Source: Takakia lepidozioides (taxonomy: Eukaryota > Plantae > Bryophyta). Taken from it: 64,000 nt of DNA. Below are positions 24,501 through 37,085 of the stretch, in pieces. Where the stretch lies: the NCBI GenBank assembly GCA_030704615.1, contig CM060734.1:29574001-29638000 (forward strand), in the 5' to 3' direction. The position numbers and the translations under genes are program-made. Below the pieces are notes generated by a model. The model was not told the origin of the DNA. It searched no databases and worked only from the letters and a program-made list of their open reading frames with translations. Every line of letters starts with the position of its first letter. Positions within the stretch are counted from its first letter, which is position 1.

Positions 24501-27500
24501 ACCTACATAACCTATGACTAGTCGCATGATCTTGAACCTATGGTCCAACATCAAAGCTAATTGATAAGTGTGGCCAAAGAGGTCATTGTATTTTTCATAG
24601 TACCTATTGTGTGTCATTGTGTGTAGCTGGGGTTGATAATGCTGAAGATGCCTCTAAAGAATTACAAGCACCTCTCCAGAAGATGCATAATACCTATAGA
24701 CGAAATGACACATTTCCAGACCCTCAAGGCTTTGGATGAAGCAGTAACTGATTGTCTCGAGGCGTCAGTAGTTAAATTCCCTGAAATACGTGGTGTACTT
24801 CCAGAGCAAAGCAAGGTCATTGATGTCAAACTTCAAATTTTTATATACCAGGTTCATTCCCATCAGAGTAAAGTGAGTAAGTGGCTGGATGGCTTTCATA
24901 GCTGAATCAAAAGACAAACACAAGCTCACTAGGGTCCTATTCTCCATGGCCACAAACTTGTAATCTCTCTTTTTCCATATTCTTAGCTTGTTGACGAAGA
25001 CGAGCAATATGTGAAGCCTCTGAAGATGGATAGGAGAAGAGAAGACAACGTCCTAGATAGTAGCTGATTCTACGGAGATTGTTTAGTACACCGAAGTTAC
25101 ATAGATCATAGAGTATGAGGCTTCACCTGCATTGCTTTATCAAACGCTTTCCAACTGCACCAAATGGGGTGCGGATTAGCTCCGATTGAGGATGCTTCCC
25201 GTGCGCAGCGACCAAAAACGACCTCGCGACCTTGATTGATCACAAATCGGCAAATCCAACACCAAATAAGAAGAGGCTTGTGTTGAGATTGAGGTAATTA
25301 AAATTTGAGAGAGGATTGTGCAGGAGAGATTCCTGAGAAACGGGTGCTATTTGGGCGGAGATGGCAAACAAAGGTGAAGAGATGCAACTCAACCCCCTTC
25401 AAATCTCAATAGCTGAGCTATAGAAACTGCAAATGCGAGAACATGGGGACATTGCGAGAATGAGAGAGACAAAGTTCCCTGAACGTTCCAATATGTTCCA
25501 TATGTTAGACACTATGGTGCCTAATAACATGCGTTATGTGTCATCACACATTTATGACAACATTGCCATATGATGGTCATTCAAAGATATTACTATCCTA
25601 TTTGATATGCATATACTTTTAGTCATCAAAAATGCATATAGGCCCATCACTGAGGTTCTTGTTAAGTGCCATGAGCGCATTACACAATGAAAGCTTCAAA
25701 TTACTAGTAATCTTCTTCATGGATGAGTGAGTGAGTTGGTTACAACGTTTAATTCAAAAAAAATAAAAATCTGTTAACATCTTTATACAATGTTAAATAT
25801 AATAATCTGATTTTTCTTTGAAAAAAGTTCTAATGATTTTGACACTAGTACTATATGAATTTGGAACTTTGAGGAATCATAACTTGAACATACAAGAACA
25901 TTCTTTTACAAAGTTTTTGACGTGTTTATAAAGGGGAGTATGTTAAGTCCAAGCGTGCAATTTTTGAGGGCCTATGATACTTACGTGGCCAAGGCATAGA
26001 AGGTGTGCAATGATACGAAGTGGGTGATATTAGGCATGTTTACCATAAATGACTTGTGAAAGAAACTTGGTTTAAAATTGTCGTCCTACAGTATATATGG
26101 ACTACCACAACTTTTGTGCAGACTTATATGAACATTATGTATTGTGGCTATATCCTCAAACAAAACAGATTTTATTTGGTAGCCCAAGACATCCATTATT
26201 AACTTCATGTTCAAATATTACAGCATTGAGGTGTCCAATTTAAGTAGTTTGAATGATACGCTTTACAATTATTCTTTGGTTGAAACATCATTGCATCTGT
26301 CAATAGAACGTCAACATTTTCTCTTGAAGAATGTTCAATAAAAAACTGTGCATACTATTGGATACTTAAGATGTTCATTTTCTAACTTTGCAGTTCCAGC
26401 TCATATATTAGATATTTATTTGTTTGCTTGTCCATTTTTTGGACATTTAAGCTTTGACGAGATATTATATTTATGAACTTGTTTTTAATCTTTTTTTGTT
26501 TTTTATCATATGAGTTAACTAAAAGAGTACTTTTAGTGATGTATGTGTCTGATGAAGTATATATGATGAGGAGACAAATTAAGAGCGTGAAGAAGCAGAT
26601 TCAGAACCCTATGCCAACAAATTGAAATATAAAGCAAGTTTAATGGAAGGCATTTGGGCCCAAGTGTGGAAGCTCCTAGAAGTTGGGTAGGAGGAAAATG
26701 TGATTTTCCATGACATTGGGGTCTCTTCAGCTGATGTGATTCAAAAATCCGATTCTCACTCCTACAAAGTGAATCATTTGTACTTAAGAGATGTTGTGAA
26801 GGCTTTCTTGGAGTACCTGTCAGACTTTGGCAAGGGGAACAAAGCTTGAGGTAAATTTTCTGTGACCATTAGAAATTTTAAAGTATTATTGTCTTTGATT
26901 ATGATTGACAACAAATAATGAATTGTTCTCGCCTAAAATGGTCACAAGTTGCTTGTTGAACTATGCTTCAATTTGTATTTGATATATGTCTGTCATTGCA
27001 GTGCATATTATGTGCTTCGATGGGAGAGAAAGTGATAGTGAGCTTATGGACATAATGTAATAGATGTCTTTTAAGGAAATCAAGGGATCTTACTGTTTCG
27101 AACACTAGTTGTATGCGATTTTCATGAATTTGGATGGAGGAGAGAGAGATCAAGCTTAAATAAGGTTAAGCTTCTCACATGGATACGTATGACATTACTT
27201 CCATAGGTGATTAAGCAGCTTCAGGGGCATGGACCAGGCTCCGATGGATGTACAAGCTAGAGTAAAACACATATAGATACATCCTAAAAGTAGGATGATG
27301 ATCTGACTATAGTTTTAGTAGACATCCCAATTGATGTTCAGTCATTTTTTGACGATTGGTGACAATCATCTGTGTTCTTGGAAACCACTTAGACTGTCGT
27401 CCACAACATTTAAGATCCTCGAAAATTGCATGCTGATTGTCTGGTTTTTAAATGATGCCTACAAAATACGTACAATTGTAACATGATACTTACTATTTTT

Positions 27501-28744
27501 TTATACCATTGAAACAATAGAACCTATGTAACAGTGTATAGTGGAGAGTGTCTCAAGTGGGTCATCGGTTTGCCACAGTATGTTGCTCTATTTGATTTCA
27601 CATGGTGGAATTGAGTGAAAGGCAATGTAGGTGACTCTGCATATTTTTCCCGTAAAGAATTTGAAGATGCTAGATTGCATAACTCCTATTCTTCAGGCTT
27701 ATCTCTTTTTAGTCCTTTTTGGTGTGTCTTCTCTGCAGCTATCCTCTCTGTGGCTTCCTTTTTCATAGACATATCAAAAAGGTCATTCCGGAAGAGAAAC
27801 TTGGAGCCTATTGACCTTTAAGGAGCCAAATGTATATCTTCAACCTCAATTTTGTACAAGAACCTCCTTTCTATTTCAAGATTATCTTGATATCCTTCAA
27901 GATAGGAAGAAATGCATAGCAAAGACTTTTTTATACCTATAGTCAATTGATGAATATTGTTTGTAAGGTAGAAATGATCATCGCCGACAATCTAAATTCA
28001 GATCTTCAACTTCCATGTTTTAGATTTGTTCTAAACTTGGGACAATCTCAATGATTCTTGACTTTCATACAAGTTTGCTAAAAATAACTTGCGACAAGTA
28101 AAAGTACATGTCGCACAATTTCCAGTAACATGTTAGATTTTTCCTACATTATCAACATGGAGATACTAAAAACACAATTAGTGCGTACATTTGTTACTAA
28201 AAGCATGTTGTATATATGTAGACCTGTTTTAGGGTTTTGGAACATAATTAACGCGATGTAATTTGATATTCTTAGCTGTTGTATAAGAAAATGGCTAATA
28301 TTATGGTAAGTAATTAAACGGTCAATATAGGGCTTCGTTGTACTATCTGAGATTGGTAGGTGAAGCTTCGGCAGTATGACTAAACTAAGATACTCAGATT
28401 CTCAAAAATCACTGAGTGAACATTACATCTCTTCTTCCCAGTTGTCCACAATCCTTGCCAACCCTGTTAGTTTCATATTCCACGTTGAAGGACATGATTA
28501 CATATTACTTAAGATAGTGAAGTATTTGTTTCTATGGTACACTAGATTAGGAGAGGTTTTCATTTCAAATTTGAAAGATGTCTAACTTGCTTACATCTCT
28601 TAATAATTACAAGTAATGTTTCTCCATAGAGTTCTATGAAAGTAATTGACAAAAACAAAAAGATCTTTAAAGACGTGGATGATGCAATTTGAACTCAATA
28701 ATTTACAAAGTACTTTTCCATGGTTGTAATCATGTTAACTAGAT

Positions 28745-28932
28745 TGTCGTGCGCATACATATCGCTACACAACTACATCGCTGTCCAAAACCACACAACA
28801 CATGTGCACACCACACACTAGTATACCACTAGTCCACCACTAGTCCAGCCACTAGTCCAACCACTAGGCTACAACTAGTCAGTCACTAGGCTGCCACTAT
28901 GCTGCCCACTATGGCAGTCACTAGTTCACACA
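28745..28932 (-). repeat. LTR segment Y of copy 2 (188 bp, expanded by CCACTAGT-like repeats)
   Basis: Lies between the PPT (28933-28943) and the TSD; shares TGTCGTGC and ACATCGCTGTCCA with Y of copy 1. Confidence 0.75.
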
Positions 28933-29192
28933 ATCGCCCCCCTAGCTGGTGCTTAGGTCCCTCTAAGTCCAGGTAGCCACAAGATGTGATAGTGACCATA
29001 GCCTCACTAAGTCCTCCACCACTATTCCTACTACACTCAAACTCGATAGATCAAGAGGCCGGGTGCAAGAGTTGCCCCATCGTTAGTCGCCGTCTTGCAA
29101 CCTGTGAACTTGAGCTTGGGATCTCATGTATTGACTCCTATGAGCTTGGCCTCCCATGTCTTGTTAGCTGCCTCCAGTCATGTCCACTACCA

Positions 29193-29345
29193 CTATCCCA
29201 AGCAGTGTGGACACAACCAATCTCCGTCAGGAACCTTCTCAAGAGGTGGTGTCAAGCATCCCATATGCCAACCCCTTGAGCATCGATCACACACCAGCAT
29301 GGTGGCTGCCCCTTTGGCAGACCCACAGAGCATGCTCCTCAAACC
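29193..29345 (-). other. PHD finger (C4HC3) at the integrase C-terminus
   Basis: (S)MLC-GSAKGAATMLV-CDRC-SRGW-HMGC-LTPPLEKVPDGDW-LCPHC, with the conserved Trp; the first Cys is replaced by Ser. Confidence 0.9.
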
Positions 29346-30480
29346 TGCAGGTACCACTGTCAAGTTTGGGTCAACTCTGCCATCGACATTGGGAAGGTGA
29401 CATGGCGCACAATTACGCACATGGTCCTTCCAAGTCTTGCCATCCCGACCCTCTAAGATCAGGACCCCTGAGGGCAACACCTCTCGAACTCTCAGAATAA
29501 CACGCCCTGTAATAACATCCAGAGTCGTAGGAGCAGTCTGCTGCAAATAAACATAGTCACCAGGGCTAAACCTCCGAACCCCAGGACGATATCCTCCACC
29601 ACGTATAGTGGCATACCTCAACGTATCACGGTGCTGTGCAATGCAAGGTTCTCAAAAGCCATGGGCATGACTTTCTTGAACAACTCTGCACGCTGATCAC
29701 ATGCACGTACCCACACGTCCGGATTGTCAAGGTTAAGGACTTGAGTAGTGTCCCTACGAATGGCTGCAGGCAAATCTGGCTCTCGGCCAAAGAGAAGGAA
29801 ATATGGTGAGAAGAGGCAAGTGATGCTTGTTTGCTGAACCTGTAGCCCATGGCTAACCAAGGAACCTGAAGATCCCAATCTCCTAGGTGTCCCTTCTGCA
29901 AGCCATACTTGCGCAAACCCCTCTTCACCGTCTGAACAACTCTCTCTGCTAAGCCATCGGCCTCAGGATGATCCCGAGAAGTGGTGCGGTGGTCTATCAA
30001 GGCTTTATCACACAAAGCCTGAAACTCCCCCAAAAATCTTCTCCCTTGGTCCGTGAGTACCTCAGCTGGAGCACCAAATCGGCTAAGCACACGATCCAAA
30101 GAATGCATACGCAGCCCCTCACTAGCCTTGTCAGGCAATGGAACAACTCAATCCACTTAGAGAAGTGCTCCACCATCACAACACATATCTGTGGTGGCGC
30201 ATAGTCAGTGGCAACGGTCCTGCGAAGTCAAAAGACTCACCTGTAGCCCAATCCCATGATTGGTAAAGGATGCAACGTGGTGTAGGGGCGTTGAATGAAG
30301 CACGCACCCTGTCACACACCATGCACCTAGCCACGAACTGTTGCACCTCTGTATGCATACCACGCCACCAATACTGCCCCTGCAGTAAACTGTGAGTGAG
30401 TCGCACTCCAAAATGCCCCAACTCCTCATGGTGCATGCCGCACTAACCGTGCACGCTGTGTGGGGTGAGGCACAATCCTC
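29346..30480 (-). pseudogene. DDE (rve) integrase with HHCC zinc domain, frameshifted
   Basis: HEELGHFG...YWWRGM...CMVC; DFAGPLP; VEHFSKWIE; FGAPAEVLTDQG; HPEADGLAERVVQTVK; SPYFLLFGREP; FSPGDYVYL. Confidence 0.93.
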
Positions 30481-30824
30481 ACACGACCATCCTCCCACAC
30501 TCGAAGTAGGTGTATCCCCTCCCACTTGAACCTCTTGGCTCGTTGCAGGATCCGATCCTCTCCCTGGCAGTCACAGTGGCTGTCGTGTCTCCCGTGCGGA
30601 GGTAGTCCAACACAGCCGAATCCTCATGTATATCTCTGGCACCACCTGGCTCATCACTAGCCTCAGGGTCCTCAGACACTCCGTCTACAGTCATCCTGTT
30701 GTAGGTCCAACCTGACCTCCCGATGCAAAGATACACAAAAAATGACAGATGCGTGCCATCCCGACACCATTCCTCGTCGTATCTCACCATGCCACCGGCC
30801 TCATGTCGTCATCCTGTTGGCTCA

Positions 30825-30890
30825 GTGCATGGATTGCGCCTCAAATCCATCCGCATCCCTATTGACCAAACTCGGTCGATGACACACCTG
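30825..30890 (-). pseudogene. RNase H C-terminal remnant
   Basis: HRPSLVNRDADG(fs)LRRNP fits the Ty3 RNase H end motif HrxGxxNxxADxLSR. Confidence 0.6.
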
Positions 30891-31354
30891 AACATGTCTC
30901 GTCATGCTCATCCACCGTTTAGCACGAGAGGCAAAGCCATTCCTGCAAGCCTCAGGAACCGCCGTATACGTCGTCTCTCTCTAGTAGTAGACATAGGTCA
31001 AGCAATGTCAAGCTCCCAATTGCCCTTCGTAACTGCAACCTAAGTCCAGCAGACTTAGAGGTAGAGGACGCGTCCCGTGGTTGCTATGCCGCACCTCTTG
31101 AGCAGTACTCCCTGCCTGCTCAGTCAATGACAAGGCCTCATCCTGCCCCATCATCTCATCCTTGAGGACCTCCATCACAGCCGCCTTGGCTTGCCAACTC
31201 CCTCTGAACCTCGACACCTCCCATGTGTGCCATGGATGCCTGCACCCCGTGGTCCTCACATGCTCGCCCCCACTCACTGCCTGTACCGTCTCGGTAGGCA
31301 GGAGAGGACCATTGAGGGAAGTGTACTCCGCACTCTACATTGCTCAGCCAGAGC

Positions 31355-32310
31355 CAAGCTGATAATCCAGGTCAAGCAATTGAGATCCATTGCTTGCCCC
31401 AACACTTGACGACGTGATGCCTCAGAAAGAGACGACACCGCTGTGGTACCAGTGGTAAACCCATTGCCCGCTCACTCGTCAGCATTAGGCTCCACTAACT
31501 GCTGCAACTGAGCATCCCACAGGAGGCCAGTCCACTATCCGGAAAGCATGCGATCTGGGAAGCTGAGCAGTGTAGGTAATGCTGCTCGTGGTTGACCCAC
31601 CTTGTTGACCACTGCCAAAGGCGATGTGGTCATCGTGTCTCACACGCTGAGACTGCTCCCCTCCCATGTGCCAGAATGTTATCCACTGTGAGATTGTGCT
31701 GGCCGCTGCAACCCCATCAAATGCACTCTTGAGCAGCGCGGGTGGCATCAAGTAGTCCACCATAGCCATGGACGATGAGCCCGTGGACCCCACTGTAGCT
31801 GCATCTAGCAACACTGCTGACCCAAGCCACGACCGACTTGATGCACACTGGCCATCCCACCCTGGCTCGAGAATCGCCCATCCACACATTCTCCAAGATG
31901 TATGCGGTGGAGATACAGCTTGATTGAAGCTGCAAGTGGCGCAAAAACCCGCACCATCTCCCAAACAGACCCGACCTCGAGTCTCGCAATCCATTGTCAT
32001 GCCCGGCTGAATGAATGCCCTTGGCAGGGCCAACCTGCCACTATACCAGATCAATGGAGCACAACCGCTCCAAATCCTGCGCCCCCAGCACGACGAAATG
32101 TCTGCTGGCAAGGCCTGCTGATATCCACGATTGCCAGACACCGACAACAACTCAGGGTACCGCTGCACAACTGAGCAACATGGCGAAGTTGAAACGCGTC
32201 GTGCAGTCTCATCCTCTCCACATACAAGTAACGCCAAACTCGTACACCTGCTTGTAACACAGTAGCCAATCCGGTGTGATCCCGCCAAACAAGTCCAGAA
32301 GACAATGCCT
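31355..32310 (-). pseudogene. C5 cytosine DNA methyltransferase domain of copy 2 (many indels)
   Basis: TGLATVLQAGVRVWRYLYV, ALPADI, AGWPCQGHS (~32015-32040), YILENV, GSAVLLDAATVGS, SRRQVLGQAMDLNCLTWIIS. Confidence 0.88.
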
Positions 32311-32689
32311 TCATCATGGATACTGCCACACAATAGGTGTGGTGTCCAATGGAGACAATTGAGGTGGGCCCTGGTGCAATCCCCACACTCTCCTCCTCTC
32401 CTGACGGTACAAAAAGCCTCCACCCGGCTTGTTGACACCCGTCGATCAGCATCTCGCTGCAAATCCTTGCTCGGCCCACAATGGAGTCTGAGCAACCATG
32501 GTAGCAACTCCGCCATACCATACATGTCATCCTACTCTCCCGGAGGGGTACCATCCTCTGAATGAGCATTGCCCTCAAGCAACTTTCTAGGCCAACTCAC
32601 TGCCGCTGTGAATGCTGTGCTAGTGTCGGCATCTTGCTTCGCTGGGCAACCGCAACTCCTCCTATGAACGTCACAGGGAGCTACACACG

Positions 32690-33110
32690 CCGGCCCTCCC
32701 CTGACTGCCATGCAAGCCTATAGGAAGCTGACTCCTCCCAAAAATCAAGGGGAAGCCCATGGGGTACAACACTGCCCCACCAACCAGGACATCGTATGAG
32801 ACTGCGTCTGTCACAATGGCCTTGGCTCGCATCACTGAGCCATCTGTAGGGTGATCCGGCCGTAGTCTTATAGCCAACTCACACCGTGTCATGCCCCGAG
32901 CCTGCTCCGATCCTCCCAGAGACGTCTGTATCTGGAAAGGACAAGGCTCCATATCCGCCTCCGTGAGGCCCAAGCCTGCAATAGCAGCTCTGCCAGCATC
33001 AATGGCTGAGCTCCCGAGTCCAACAAGACCCGTAGTGGCCGGTACCTATTGCCCTTGCCGCGGGTCCACTCAAACAGAAAATGTCATCCTGGTTGTCTAA
33101 CATGACAACT
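32690..33110 (-). pseudogene. Aspartic protease of copy 2
   Basis: VLLDSGAQPL (~33001-33030) ... YDVLVGGAVLYPMGF. Confidence 0.85.
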
Positions 33111-33554
33111 CCAGGTGTCACCATGGGCGCCTCAATGGCTGGCCTAGCTGGCAGCTCCATCAACCTGGCAGCTGCAGCTTGCCATGGCGCCGCCGTGGCA
33201 GTCTTGACCCTCAAATCCGAGGATCCCTCCGCACTACACCTCCCAATATCTCCGCAGAAGATGAAGTAACCTCCCCACTCTCAATAGTGTAGCTGCCAGC
33301 CTGAATACCTCAGCTGGTTTTACCCCCGGCGTCGCAATCATGGTAGCCGAGAACAATGGAGTCTGGCACACAGATATATGGCCGCTCCTAGCAGCACACT
33401 AGCTGACGCAGCCTTGGCAACACTAGGTAGTGGTGCTACCCGTGTAGCTCTCCCAAATGGCATAGTAACCTCCGCCTCGGTAACGTCGGGCGAGAACTAG
33501 GTGCCAGGCGATGGCGTCGACACTGTCTCCGCCAATGTGAATGACTGAGGAAGC

Positions 33555-35245
33555 CTAGCCTGACGGCTTGCCTCCCCATGCTGTGGATCCAACTCCACCT
33601 CTGCGCACTCGTGGCTCAGGAACTCGTGCTGCTCCTCGAGTCACGGCTGCAGCAGACTCCACCTGCACTAGTGGTAGTGCTGCTCCACACATGAATCCAA
33701 TGCCTCCCATATCTCCTCCCTCAGGAGCAGGAGGTGGACCATCCGGCCTTAGAGCCGGTACCACCTGAGTTGTAGCCATGGCAGCGAGCCTCTGCTCTAG
33801 CTGCTGAAGCCGGTTGGCCATGCCTTGGTCAACACCCTGACCTCCGCGTCCTTGGCCACGTTGAGCTTGCCCTTGGCCTACACCTCGTGGCTGGCCACCT
33901 CGTCCTCTCTGGGCTGCTCCACCTCGCCCCCGGCCACCATTGTTCCCTTGGAACTGGCCTGGGCGCAACTCAGGATGCAAACCATAACACTGGGCCTCTC
34001 CATGCCCGTGCTTGCCACAATGCCCACACTGCAACTGTGCAGGCTGTGCATGTGCCGACCCTTTGCCTCCCTCTGGGCAATCCTTCTTGACATGGGGTCC
34101 TCCACATGTCCAGCACACCACCTCTGCCCGTTGTTGGCCAGCAAATGAAGGGAGAGACCCCTGCATCTGAGGTCCTCTCTGCCTTCCCTGAGCTTCACCT
34201 GAGCCCCCTTGTTGCCTTGAGCACGTTGAGGTAGTGGTTGGCTAGGAGCACCACTACCCCATGGTGTCTCCTTAGCAAATCCCACCATGACCACTCGTTC
34301 CTCCACCATGTTGAGCTCTATCCGTTCTGCCAGCAAAAACACATTTGCTAAGGTGGGTTGGGCCGCTTGCAGGAGAGTTGCATCCTGCACCCTTCTCCTC
34401 AGCTCCTTATCCAATATCCCATACCAGAATTGGACTGCCTGAGCTTCCATAACCCCTTGGGTTACATTTATCAAGCGCCTCATGCGAGTGAAAGCCTCCC
34501 TCAAGCTCTCGGTCGGCTTCCGTTGGAACTCTTGCAAGCTCCGCAACTTCTCTGTCCTCACCCCTTGGTAGTTCCCTCTCAACTCTTCGAAGAACTCCAC
34601 AACAGGGTTGAAGGCAGGCACGGGTGCTAGTGCTGGTGCGGTAGTGGCTTGGGTGGATGTCGTAGCTACTGTACCACCAGTCCCACTAGTTCCACTGCTA
34701 CTTGCTGAAGCTGCCGGTGCAGCGGCAGGTGTAGCCACTGCCCTCGTGGCTCTAGTGCCCCTAGTGATGGAGACATAGTCGGGTGACCAGTACATCCTCC
34801 ACTCCTCGATCTCAACCTCATGCCCCCGCCTGAACTCATGGTAATCATCCATAGGCGGCCCCTCAAGGTGCTGAAACAGCCCTTTCCATGCCATGAACGG
34901 CGTAAATAATTGTGGATTGCGCATTTGCTGCAAATCACACCAACTATCAAACTCTTGGATAAAATCATCCAACTCGATGGCGCCCACCGCCCCAGAGTAC
35001 CTTCGTGGCCCCTTGGTAGCTCCATACATCTCCTCCATTGTGTCCCACAACAATGGCAAAGAAACAACTTGCACCGCCGGTATGAGTCCTCCTGATTCAC
35101 AATCCGAATCAGAACCTTCCGTGGAAGACACAGGAGGTGAAGGTGGCCTAAACCGCACACCTCGTCTCGTGTACCCACTAGTATCGCTAGTGCTCGAACC
35201 GGCACTGTTCCCAGCAACTAGTGGCACCTCCGTGTTGACACTCAA
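33555..35245 (-). pseudogene. Gag of copy 2 with two zinc knuckles and an RG-rich tract (one frameshift near 34170)
   Basis: ORF 33878..35245 plus ORF 33555..34166; knuckles CWTCGGPHVKKDC and CGHCGKHGHGEAQC. Confidence 0.88.
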
Positions 35246-35979
35246 CCGGTCATGAACATGTCCCTAACTCCCTCTCCACAAGGTAACCGGGTAGAGAACC
35301 TGTTGCGGCTTATGGTTTGGAATACTAAGTTCCTAACATAGCCTACACATGTACCTGCATCCACCGCAAGCACTCCTATGGTTGGCTGGTCATCACCTCC
35401 AACCTCACCATAGGAGAAACAATGATGGTCTGGCTGGTCATCACCCCAGCCTCACCATCGACAGCATGCTCTAGGACTGGCCGGTGATCAAATCCGGACC
35501 AATCACCTATAAAAACAAGCGCCCACACAAAACTAGCATGGCGCACAGTCAAGCATGCAGGTATGAAGGGGATCCAAACACAAGAAATCAGAACGACAAC
35601 TCCCCCACACCAAAAACAACTCCACGGTGTTGCTCCTGCAAGGACACCCCAGCCCAAACCCGGACTGACTCTTGCCTCCACCTACGGAAAGGTCTTGGCC
35701 TAATGAGAGGGTGGAAACTACGAGGAAGAGAAGCTAAAACAATGCCTAACCCCAGCATGCCCTCATCCCAACACTCTTCCTCTCCTCTCTTCCCTCACTT
35801 GCATGACCATGGGAATATCATGAAGATACTCCTCAAACCGCCCTCCACGAGCTTCAAAATTCGGCCTTCCAGCCCACATGCCAGTCCTTAGGCAGTCCAC
35901 CAGTGCCTCCACGAGTCAGCACAGGCCGTCCACAGGTCAACACGGGCCACCACAGACCAGCACAGACCCACACACCTCA

Positions 35980-37085
35980 CTGGTCACAGCCGTCACAGTC
36001 CCGCAGGCCACTGGGCACAGCCTGTCACAGCCCCGCATAGCCCGTCACAGCCCCACAGGCCACTGGGCACAGCCTGTCACAGCCCCTCACAGCCCGTCAC
36101 AGCTCGCCACAGCCCTCACAGCCCCAAAGGCCTCAGGCACGGCCTGACACAGCCCCTCACAGCCCGTCACAGCCCCAAAGGCCTCAGGCACGGCTTGTCA
36201 CAGCCCCTCACAGCCCCAAAGGCCACGAGCACAGCCTGTCACAGCTCCGCACAGCCCGTCACAGCCCCACAGGCCTCAGGCACGGCCTGACACAGCACCT
36301 CACAGCCCGTCACAGCCCCAAAGGCCTCAGGTACGGCCTGTCACAGCCCCTCACAGCCCATCACAGCCCCCAAGGCCACCGGCGTAGCCCGTCACAGGCC
36401 CTCACATCCCCCGAAGGCCACCGGCGCAGCCCGGCACAGCCCGTCACAGCCCTGAAGGCCACCGGCGCAGCCCGACACAGCCCCTCACAGCCCCAAAGGC
36501 CTTAGGCACGGCCTGACACAGCCCCTCACAGCCCGTCACAGCCCCAAAGGCCTCAGGCACGGCCTGTCACAGCCCCTCACAGCCCGTCACAGCCTCAAAG
36601 GCCTCAGGCACGGCCTGTCACAGCCCCTCACAGCCCATCACAGCCCAAAGGCCATGGGCACAGCCTGTCAGAGCCCCTCACAGCCCCACAGCCACTGGGC
36701 ACAGCCCGTCACAGCCCCACAGGCCTGGGCACAGCCTGTCACAGCCCCTCACAGCCCGTCACAGCCCCACAGGCCTCAGGCACGGCATGACACAGCCCCT
36801 CACAGCCCGTCACAGCCCCAAAGGCCTCAGGCACGGCCTGTCACAGCCCTCACAGCCCCTCACAGCCCCAAAGGCCATGGGCACAGCCTGTCACAGCCCT
36901 CACAGCCCGTCACAGCCCCACAGGCCACTGGGCACAGCCTGTCACAGCCCCTCACAGCCCCAAAGGCCACGGGCACAGCCTATCACAGCCCCTCACAGCC
37001 CCACAGGCCTCAGGCACGGCCTGACACAGCCCGTCACAGCCCGTCACAGCCCCAAAGGCCTCAGGCACAGCCCGTCACAACCCCA
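35980..37085. repeat. ~1.1 kb GC-rich minisatellite (TCACAGCCC(C/G) core) in the 5' leader of copy 2
   Basis: Dozens of CACAGCCC units within higher-order units containing AAAGGCCTCAGGCACGGCCTG. Confidence 0.95.

Noticed and set aside
25100-28740. AT-rich region that may be a decayed DNA transposon
   Set aside because: No termini, TSD or recognisable protein motif found.
30100-33500. Dense frameshifts read as programmed recoding
   Set aside because: The indels are numerous and scattered, consistent with decay or long-read consensus error.
35980-37085. CRISPR array or Pro/Ser/Gln-rich protein gene
   Set aside because: No unique spacers or cas genes; the ORFs are translations of a minisatellite.
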